Positions 47,919 to 55,800 of a stretch of DNA of 57,169 nucleotides are shown in pieces. The translations under genes were made by a program, and so were the position numbers. Source of the stretch: an uncultured Candidatus Poseidoniales archaeon (GTDB taxonomy: Archaea; Thermoplasmatota; Poseidoniia; Poseidoniales; Poseidoniaceae); NCBI GenBank assembly GCA_905182725.1, contig CAJJCQ010000032.1, positions 1 to 57,169 on the forward strand, read 5' to 3'. The notes beneath the pieces are model-generated. The model did not search any database. It worked only from the letters and a program-made list of their open reading frames with translations, and was not told where the DNA came from. Numbering within the stretch: position 1 is the first letter of the stretch; every line of letters starts with the position of its first letter.

Positions 47919-48416
47919 ATGGGGAACTTGTTAATCTTAGCAGCGTCTTCGGGTAAGAACCTCGATTTGGCCATGACGATTCATGCAACAGCACAATCGA
48001 TGAATCACGAAGTCGAAGTCATCGATATCTGTGGGCTCAATCTCCCGTTATACACTCCAGATACTGAGGATGAGTTCAAAGGTTTAGAACACATCGAAAC
48101 ATGTATGGCTCGTATTCTTTCCTGTGATGGAATGATTGTTTGTGCTCCTGAGTATAACGGTCTAATCCCTCCAGTCTTGAATAATCTCGTCGCTTGGATT
48201 TCGGTTCAGTCCTCTAATTTCCGTTTAATGTTCAACAAACGAAACGTCGGTTTAGCATCGGTGAGTGGTGGTGGTGGCCATCAGGCGATCTTGAGTATGC
48301 GGATGCAATTCTCTTATCTTGGTTCAAATGTGCTGGGTCGTTCGATCACGCTTAACAAGAACAAAACTCTGAACCCTGAGTCTGTAACTGAAATGATAAA
48401 AGGGGTTTTGCGATGA
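47919..48416 (+). CDS. NAD(P)H-dependent FMN reductase / flavodoxin-like fold protein
   Basis: LLILAASSGKN is an N-terminal phosphate-binding-like loop. CAPEYNGLIPPVLNNLVAW is typical of the FMN_red family. Confidence 0.75.
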   Translation: MGNLLILAASSGKNLDLAMTIHATAQSMNHEVEVIDICGLNLPLYTPDTEDEFKGLEHIETCMARILSCDGMIVCAPEYNGLIPPVLNNLVAWISVQSSNFRLMFNKRNVGLASVSGGGGHQAILSMRMQFSYLGSNVLGRSITLNKNKTLNPESVTEMIKGVLR

Positions 48417-49258
48417 GTACAATTCGAACATTACGAATGACAGCTCCAACCCATACCGTCCTTGAAGGAGGAGGCTTTCCAGTCCGGCGACCTTCGGCAA
48501 TGGGTACGCTCATGAGTCCGTTTCTTCTTTTGGATGAAATGGGTCCAGTTCACTGGGACCCAGGGCAAGCGATTGGTGCACCAGCCCATCCTCATCGAGG
48601 TTTTGAGACTGTGACCTATATGCTACAAGGAGCGATGAAACACGAAGACAGTGCAGGCAACAAAGGTGACCTTAACCCCGGAGATGTACAATGGATGACA
48701 GCTGGGCGCGGGATTATTCATTCCGAACTTCCACAAGATGACTTTCTTGAACAAGGCGGTGTGACGCACGGTTTCCAAATCTGGGTTAACCTTCCTTCAA
48801 AGGATAAAATGATGAACCCCCGATACCAAGATATTCCTTCGGAACAGATACCGAAAGTAACTTCTGAGGACGGAAAAGTCTGGGCCAATGTGATTGCAGG
48901 CTCGACTTTAGGGATTCAGGCAGTTATTGATACTGTGATTCCAATTACCTATATCCATATGAAAATTCAGCAAGATGGCACACATCGCCAAGTCATTGAA
49001 CAAGGGTTGAACGGGATGATCTATGTGTTTGGAGGTACGGTTCATATTGACGGGAAACCAGTTCACGATGGTCAACTCGGAATCCTCACCGATGGTGATG
49101 AAGTGGTTTTTGAAGCACGTGACGAAGATGCTGAGTTTTTGATTCTTGCAGGTCCTGAACTCAACGAGCCAATCGCAAGATATGGGCCGTTTGTGATGAA
49201 TACTCGGGAAGAAATCCAGCAGGCATTACAGGACTACCAAAACGGAACGCTCGCCTGA
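48413..49258 (+). CDS. pirin family bicupin
   Basis: HPHRGFETVTYML, GDVQWMTAGRGIIHSE and the C-terminal GPFVMNT are present. There is an ATGA overlap with the upstream reductase. Confidence 0.9.
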   Translation: MSTIRTLRMTAPTHTVLEGGGFPVRRPSAMGTLMSPFLLLDEMGPVHWDPGQAIGAPAHPHRGFETVTYMLQGAMKHEDSAGNKGDLNPGDVQWMTAGRGIIHSELPQDDFLEQGGVTHGFQIWVNLPSKDKMMNPRYQDIPSEQIPKVTSEDGKVWANVIAGSTLGIQAVIDTVIPITYIHMKIQQDGTHRQVIEQGLNGMIYVFGGTVHIDGKPVHDGQLGILTDGDEVVFEARDEDAEFLILAGPELNEPIARYGPFVMNTREEIQQALQDYQNGTLA

Positions 49259-49314
49259 TACGTGATTTTCATCACAAAGTTGAATATATATACTGCTTTC
49301 ATTTAGGTCGAACC

Positions 49315-50052
49315 ATGCATACTCTTACCAAAGTCATGTTAATCTTAGGCGCTCTCACCACTGTATCAGGAATCGTATTGTTTGCCGGTGGCGCTGTCGC
49401 TGTTGATGCTGGTATAGATCCAATCGGTAACGCGGAATGGGAAGGCACGACTGGAACGTTCGACGGAAGTTATGATAACTTCTATCAAGTCTATTCCGAA
49501 GCACCCTCGTGTGATTCCCTTACTTACACCATAAACGATGTGAATGGAGATACCTCTACTTACGATTGGGAATGCGATGATGGGATGTACAATGAATCGG
49601 GATACATTACCATTGGTTCACTCGGTGGATATGGACCGTACAGTATTGAATCATCAGAGAAACTCTACATTTCTGATAGTTTCGAAGATGTAGGTGAAGC
49701 TGTCGGTGGATTCTTTGCCATTCTTGCATCTTGGGGTGTAATGTGCTGTGGTGGATTCATGCTCCTTCTTGGTGGAATTTTCGCTCTTACGCTTAAGGAA
49801 CCTGGTGTTGTAATGGTCGGCCCAGGTGGAATGCCTCTTCAGCAGAACCAAATGCTGGGTGCTCAATACCCACAGCCTGTACAACAGCAATATACACAAC
49901 AACCAGTTCAACAACAATATGCACAACAACCAGTTCAACAACAATATGCACAACAACCAGTTCAACAACAACCAGTTCAGCAAAATCCATTTGGTCAGCC
50001 ACCTGTCCAACAAAGTCCATTCGATCAGCAACCACCTCAGGGTGGCTTCTGA
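49315..50052 (+). CDS. membrane protein with Gln/Pro-rich repetitive C-terminal tail
   Basis: The N-terminal helix is VMLILGALTTVSGIVLFAGGAV and the second TM is WGVMCCGGFMLLLGGIFAL. The tail is QQPVQQQYAQQPVQQQYAQQPVQQQPVQQNPFGQPPVQQ. Confidence 0.6.
   Translation: MHTLTKVMLILGALTTVSGIVLFAGGAVAVDAGIDPIGNAEWEGTTGTFDGSYDNFYQVYSEAPSCDSLTYTINDVNGDTSTYDWECDDGMYNESGYITIGSLGGYGPYSIESSEKLYISDSFEDVGEAVGGFFAILASWGVMCCGGFMLLLGGIFALTLKEPGVVMVGPGGMPLQQNQMLGAQYPQPVQQQYTQQPVQQQYAQQPVQQQYAQQPVQQQPVQQNPFGQPPVQQSPFDQQPPQGGF
49897..49971 (+). repeat. 27-nt perfect tandem repeat (about 2.8 copies) encoding QQPVQQQYA
   Basis: caacaaccagttcaacaacaatatgca occurs at 49897 and 49924, and a third partial copy starts at 49951. 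Confidence 0.85.
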
Positions 50053-50159
50053 GGACGCTGAGTTCTTGAAATTAGTTTACGTTTGCAGTTCGAGTTTATT
50101 GAAATTGCTACATTCAAAAACGCAGTAGCCTGTCTTCTCTCAAAACAGGTGTTAAGTGC

Positions 50160-50231
50160 TCGTGCCGGGATTCGAACCCGGGTCGGCGGGATGAAAACCC
50201 ACTATGATGGACCTGGCTACACCACACGAGC
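50160..50231 (-). tRNA. tRNA-Glu (anticodon UUC), no encoded CCA, no intron
   Basis: The reverse complement reads GCTCGTG-TG-GTGTAGCCAGGTCCATCATA-GTGGG-TTTTCAT-CCCGC-CGAC-CCGGG-TTCGAAT-CCCGG-CACGAGC-A. It has a perfect 7-bp acceptor stem, a 5-bp anticodon stem with one G-U pair, a 5-bp T stem and a TTCGAAT loop. Confidence 0.85.
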
Positions 50232-50296
50232 GACAGCCGTTCCACCAACCACCCCTTGATAATGATTCGCTCTATGAAAGACGATACAATGGTGAC

Positions 50297-50920
50297 TCAT
50301 TCATTTGTTTTTGAATCAAGAGTGGCCGAATTGATTTCAATATTGGACCACCATTTCCAACCATACCAAAGTGGTATTGTTGAAAGAATCATGACGAGGG
50401 CAAGAATAATCTCATTGTCGAGGAACCAATTTAATGCATCAATGGCAGCATTTCCGTACACTCCAATCAATACAGCTTCTAATCCAAAACGTAGACCTCT
50501 CCCACAAAGTCCGGCAAGTAAGAACGGTTTCTTTTCCATTTCCCCCATTCCTGCAACCCAACCAAACACCTTGTAGGGGATTGGAGAGAATGCAGCGATG
50601 AAAATTCCAAGTGTTCCGTATTTGAGTGTGAGTGCCTCTATCTTATCCAGATGAGATTGCTTTGAAAACCGACTCAGAAGATTTCGGCCCCAACGTTTCC
50701 CGATCCAATAACCAACCATGGAACCTGCTACAGAGGAAAGGGTGACTGTTAACCATAGCCAAATCACCATCGGTACATCTCCAATGGTATCTGCGAGCAT
50801 AGGGATGTAGATCAAATCTGGAGGTATTGGTTGAATAATCGATTCAGTAAAGGAGACCATTGCAAGACTTGCAGGTCCAAAGATGTCGAAAAAGTCGACT
50901 ATCGTATCCTTCCACGACAT
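50297..50920 (-). CDS. DedA/SNARE-associated (VTT domain) membrane protein
   Basis: FTESIIQPIPPDLIYIPM, GSMVGYWIGKRWGRNLLSRF and GIFIAAFSPIPYKVF are typical DedA motifs. Confidence 0.8.
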   Translation of the reverse strand: MSWKDTIVDFFDIFGPASLAMVSFTESIIQPIPPDLIYIPMLADTIGDVPMVIWLWLTVTLSSVAGSMVGYWIGKRWGRNLLSRFSKQSHLDKIEALTLKYGTLGIFIAAFSPIPYKVFGWVAGMGEMEKKPFLLAGLCGRGLRFGLEAVLIGVYGNAAIDALNWFLDNEIILALVMILSTIPLWYGWKWWSNIEINSATLDSKTNE

Positions 50921-51000
50921 AAAGATGGCTCAGTCCACACACCAATGAAGGTGTGGGTGTGCGGTGGCTTCAAGGAGGGCATTCTTCAGTGGAGAAATTG

Positions 51001-51492
51001 ATGCGAGTCCTCGATACAGCAGCATTGCTTCATTGGCCCGTGAGTGAACTTACTGGCAATGTCTGTGCTGTGCGTCAACAGGAAGAACTTGAGCGCGTCA
51101 GTCCACAACGTTGGATGTTGATTCAAGCATTAGATATTGATTGGCGCGATGTTTCTCCAAACTGGCTTCATGTGGCCAAGGAATGTGCGGCACAAAGTGG
51201 AGACCTTCCCCGCCTTTCAGATGTCGACCTCGATGTCTTAGCACTTGCACTTGGCCTGGGCCTTCCTTTGGTTACCGATGATTACCGCTTACAAAACACA
51301 ATGAAATCTGCTGGAAAACAAACGACGTCAGTCGGCACAGTCGGTGCCAAAAAAGTATGGAAATGGGAATTGCGTTGTACAGGATGCCGTGTTTCTACCG
51401 ATGTACCGGGAAATGTTTCTCGCTCTAAAAAAGGAGAAGTCGGTGATTGCGACCGATGCGGGTCACCATTGGTTTTGAAGCGCAAGCGGTGA
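51001..51492 (+). CDS. Nob1-like PIN-domain endoribonuclease with C-terminal zinc ribbon
   Basis: MRVLDTAALL is a PIN-type start and LPLVTDDYRLQN a PIN acidic motif. The zinc ribbon is CTGC...CDRCG. ATG 51001 is preceded by GGAG. The listed 50953 start adds 16 atypical residues. Confidence 0.7.
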   Translation: MRVLDTAALLHWPVSELTGNVCAVRQQEELERVSPQRWMLIQALDIDWRDVSPNWLHVAKECAAQSGDLPRLSDVDLDVLALALGLGLPLVTDDYRLQNTMKSAGKQTTSVGTVGAKKVWKWELRCTGCRVSTDVPGNVSRSKKGEVGDCDRCGSPLVLKRKR

Positions 51493-51493
51493 T

Positions 51494-51796
51494 TTATTCC
51501 TCTGCGGATGAATCCATTGACTCAAGAGCAGTCACTTTACGTTCAAGTTCAACGACATCCATACCTGCAGGGTCGAGTCCAACAGCCCGAGCACGTTGTG
51601 CAAGAAGTTGAGAAGGAGTTCGACCATCTGCTTCGAGATCAGTGATGGTTCGTGAGGTGTCGGCCAATCCCTTCTGGAATTGACCCTTTGAACGCCCGAG
51701 TGCGTTTGCCATTTTGGGCAAGCGTTCTGCACCAAACAAGACAAAAAATAATCCGACGAGAATCGTGAGTTCAAGAGGTCCTAAGCCGCCAATCAT
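51494..51796 (-). CDS. tatA: twin-arginine translocase subunit TatA/E
   Basis: MIGGLGPLELTILVGLFFVLFGAERLPKMANALGRSKGQFQKG shows a TM helix, the FG hinge and an amphipathic helix. Confidence 0.85.
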   Translation of the reverse strand: MIGGLGPLELTILVGLFFVLFGAERLPKMANALGRSKGQFQKGLADTSRTITDLEADGRTPSQLLAQRARAVGLDPAGMDVVELERKVTALESMDSSAEE

Positions 51797-51868
51797 GTTT
51801 CTTCCTCAACCCTTGGAGTCGGGGTGTAGTGTTGAAGGCTTCGGCTCAACCAATTCTTTTTTTGTTTT

Positions 51869-52102
51869 TTATCCACCAGATACAGGGGGGAGGAAGGCTA
51901 ATTCATCACCATCATTCAATTCAGCAGACATTTCTTGCTGTAAACCATTAATCGCAAAAACAAGGCCTCGTTCACTCCATTCAACAATTGAAAGTATGCT
52001 CAGTACATCCTCAATCTTCGAAGGAGATTGAAGCGTCAACTGATGTCGCTTCCAACCAAGGCTTTCTGCGAGTGGACCAAATGCCAGCAGAGTGATATTC
52101 AT
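51869..52102 (-). CDS. MoaD/ThiS-family ubiquitin-like protein ending in Gly-Gly (sulfur carrier / SAMP-like)
   Basis: It runs MNITLLAFGPLAESLG...DGDELAFLPPVSGG-stop. The internal ATG 52102 (or 52120) is chosen because the listed 52237 start would overlap the divergent ABC gene. Confidence 0.7.
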   Translation of the reverse strand: MNITLLAFGPLAESLGWKRHQLTLQSPSKIEDVLSILSIVEWSERGLVFAINGLQQEMSAELNDGDELAFLPPVSGG

Positions 52103-52171
52103 GCCCGCAGCATCGTTCATGGTGATGCTTTGAAGCGGTAGTTTATCAACGCACTTGGTTGTCCTCAAGGC

Positions 52172-52870
52172 ATGGGACCGGTGATGAAAGCAACCAGTTT
52201 GTGGAAAATCTACCCATCGGGCGAATCTACGATTCAAGCGGTCAAAGGTGTCAATGTGACGATTGAAGCTGGAGAGATGGTTGCCATCATGGGCCCATCT
52301 GGTTGTGGCAAAACCACTTTGCTCAATATCCTCTCTGGAATTGATGAGCCGAATTCAGGAGATGTCACGGTCAAGAACCGACCTCTCTTCGGCATCTCTG
52401 ACGATGATCGAACACGAATGCGTGCCGAACATCTTGGCTTCATTTTTCAAGATTTCAACCTTCTACCCGTGCTTTCCGCAGTCGAAAATGTAGAATTACC
52501 GCTTTTATTGCTTGGTAAATCTGCTTCTGAAGCACACAAGGGCGCGCTTGCGGCTCTCAAATCAGTCGGCCTCGAAGACCGAGCAGAACATCGTCCTGCC
52601 GAGTTATCTGGAGGTCAACAACAACGTGTTGCCGTCGCACGGGCCTTGGTTCACAATCCAGCCATCATTCTTTGTGACGAGCCTACGGGTAATCTTGATT
52701 CAGCGACCTCTGCGGAAGTTCTCGAACTTCTTCTTCGTTTGAATCATGAACGTAACACCACTTTTCTCATTGTCACACATGACTCGAAAATTGCTGAACA
52801 TTGTACGCGTACTCTGCAGATGTCTGACGGCGTTATCATCGAAGACCAAAGGAATACTGAGGAGGAGTGA
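52172..52870 (+). CDS. ABC transporter ATP-binding protein, MacB/LolD/FtsE-like
   Basis: Walker A is GPSGCGKTT, the signature motif is LSGGQQQRVAVARAL, and Walker B is ILCDEPTGNLD. An alternative ATG lies at 52184. Confidence 0.9.
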   Translation: MGPVMKATSLWKIYPSGESTIQAVKGVNVTIEAGEMVAIMGPSGCGKTTLLNILSGIDEPNSGDVTVKNRPLFGISDDDRTRMRAEHLGFIFQDFNLLPVLSAVENVELPLLLLGKSASEAHKGALAALKSVGLEDRAEHRPAELSGGQQQRVAVARALVHNPAIILCDEPTGNLDSATSAEVLELLLRLNHERNTTFLIVTHDSKIAEHCTRTLQMSDGVIIEDQRNTEEE

Positions 52871-55800
52871 AACTGCTGATTCCTTTGGCCACTCTCTCAT
52901 TTGTGGTTGCACTTTTGAGTGCAGCATCCACTCGAGGAATAGGTCGCTGGAAGCAACTTGGCATCGGTAAAATCTCGTTACTGATTGTTGGCCCTGTCCT
53001 TGATGCTGTTCTTGGTTATCTTCTGCTTGATTGGCTCTCCGTGTCTGGACTCACTTTGTGGGCTGGTGCCTTTGCTTTGGGAATGACGAGTCATGTCCTG
53101 ATGCAACCTTTTCTTGTCCCGCAACGACTTGTTGTCTGGCGGCTGGCAAAACAAAACATTCTCCGCCGTCAACGTCAAGCAGCACTCCTCATGGTTGGTT
53201 TAATCATTGCATCTGCAATCATCACTTCCTCAATGGTTGTTGGTGATTCATTGGATGCCACCGTTCGGCATGAGGTCGAAGGAGCATGGGGCGAGACGGA
53301 CATTACCATTTCTGGGTTTGACCTTTCGATCGGAGAGCGTGTTACTCTTTCTGAATCGGTTGCCAATAACATGTGGGATGGAATTCAAAAGGATTCTTCA
53401 CTCAATAATGCCATCAAAGGACAGCAACAGGGGTTGGTTGCTTCAACCAGCGTTGCTTCGGGTGAGGCATCACTCACTGGAGTCACGTGGATGGCGATGA
53501 ACAGCACGATTGATAACCAACAAATCTGGCCGAAGATAGGCTCACAATCGCAAGGAATACGGTATGCCAATCTGTATGAGGCAAATCTCTTTTCTTCACA
53601 AAAATACGTTGCTGTCAATCAAGTGTTGGCCGATGAATTAGGTGTTTCCGTTGGAGATGAACTCGAAATTGGTTGGTACGTTACTCAAGAAGGTAAACGA
53701 ATCCGTGTCGAATCGAACTTGAAAATCCTCAGTATTGTGACGAATGAGGGTCAGGGGGCATCTGCAGGTACCCAAGCCCCAGCCTTCTTCACTGATTTAA
53801 CGACGGCTCAATCACTCCAACGCCTCAATGGAAGTATCAATTCACTCTACTATGCAGTGGATGATGCCCGTGATGATGCTGGACATATTGAACCAATCTT
53901 GGAAGACGTTGAGCAACTCTTGGACCGATTGATACGGGCGACAGATGTCGGGATTGACATCGATTTAGATGAGAATACGAACTCGATAACATTGACTTCA
54001 AGCCAGGGCTTAGGTCGTCTTTCAGGTGATTTAGTGCGCGGTTTAAGGGGGAACTTGAGTCAGATTTCACCCGGCTCAAGCATGATGGAAATCTTGCAAG
54101 TTCCGATGATTGAACTTGAAGAAAACAACCAACAGATCCTCACTCTTGCTGATTCGGACATATCGGAACTTCATGCTGGTGAACGCGGCCTTTGGCATTT
54201 CTCACCGAGTGGTGTTGGCTTCCAAATTGATGGCGCAGGTGATGCTTGGGTTTGGAGGGTCGCTGAAGGAGGTATTGCTCACGATTTTACACTCGATTCT
54301 TCGGGAGAATACGGTTTGATTGCAACCGATGAAGGCCTCATTATCGGCTATGAAGGGGACGTAGATTCAGATGAATGGGCCTCCTTTGAAAGCGAGGGGG
54401 AAATGCTCTCTGTAACATCAGATTCTCAACAATGGTGGGCACTCGAGGAAACTTCATCCTCGTTTAAGTTACATTCTTTCTCTCTTGACTTACAACAGCA
54501 CTCGGTTACAAACCTCACACTTGACATGCCATCTACTGTACTTTCTACACAGTTGCATTTTGATCAGTATCTCTATCTGGAAATTGAAAGTCTTCTCTCC
54601 TCTTCTCTCTATCAGTCCTCCATTTCCAATATTTCGTTCACAGTATTGGAGAATACTTCCGAATGGCCTTTAATCCCAACGCTTTCTGCAAATATTCCTC
54701 TTCATTCCTCCTGCGATGGTCGAGCTTCTGTCACTGAATCACAAAATGGGCATCATTGGTGCACAGTTCCGAACGGTCTTATTCGATGGGATTCGGTAGA
54801 TGGTCCGATTGAAACACTCCGTATACCAATCGTTTCAACTGCGGGTGGGCTTGGTGTTCTGCCGCAATTATTCTTGGCATTTGGAGGCGAACAATCGCCA
54901 CTTGTTGTCGAAGAAGGTGAAGTGCTTTTCAGTCAACGCCTCAATGAACTCGATTTGACTGAACAAGAGAGTGAGGTATGGGTGAAGGGGCTGATTCCCT
55001 ATGCTTTTGGCGATAATACCGCATACCGTTTGAACTTCTCTGGAACGTATGGTGACCTTGAGGGGATGGAAAGTCTTTCAGAACTTGATGCTGTAATCCT
55101 TGGCCTTGTTGCATTATCGGATGGAGAACAGTTAGCTTCTGCAGGTGAAGACGAGAGGTCAATGGTTGTTCTTTCAGTTCCCGGCCAGTGGAATGATTCG
55201 GTTGCCACTCCACTCATCTCTTGGTTCGATCTTGAATCCAATGCATCAGATGCAAATTTGAATGTTCGAGCAGTGAAGGTGGAGGCTGCGGCAATTGCAG
55301 AGGAGTCCTCTGGTATTCTTGCGGCTATGTTCTTAGTTTTTGGAACCTTTACGATTGCAGCGGGCATACTCCTTGTGCTTACCATTGTCATGATGTTGGC
55401 CGAAGCACGACGTTCAGAACTTGGTACAATGCGGGCCTTAGGAGTCACTCAGTCTGATGCTCGAGCCCTTGCAGTTCAAGAAGGGATTCTTCTCTCTGCC
55501 TTTGCAAGTCTCTTGGGAGCAATTGCTGGATTGGTTCTCGCATGGTTCATCAGTATTGGCTTCGATAATATGTTTTCATCCGTAGGTTCAAATCAATTTA
55601 CTTTTGCTTGGGAATGGACCTCTTTGTTTTCAGGTGCAGTTTGGGGCTTCCTTCTTGCTGTATTTACACTCTGGGGTTCCGCTTTTTGGACTTCCAAACT
55701 CAACATAATCCACGCACTGAAGGGTGGCCGAATTGCTCGCTCTGAAGGAGTCCCTTGGCCTCTTCTTCTCCTTCAGATCCTTGCCCTTGGAGGTGGTTTG

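Noticed and set aside
50053-50159. A possible C/D-box or other small RNA in the 107-nt gap beside tRNA-Glu.
   Set aside because: There is no RUGAUGA/CUGA box pair. Only a weak 5-bp hairpin (cctgt...acagg) and an oligo-T run on the minus strand are present. They are compatible with simple tRNA termination but too weak to annotate.
50256-50576. A 106-aa plus-strand ORF next to the tRNA.
   Set aside because: It is antisense to the DedA gene, whose translation carries the family motifs.
51850-51870. The T-rich run (ttctttttttgtttttt) as a transcription terminator.
   Set aside because: It is T-rich on the plus strand, but both flanking genes (moaD-like and tatA) are on the minus strand, where it reads as poly-A. 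It is more likely part of the AT-rich tatA promoter region.
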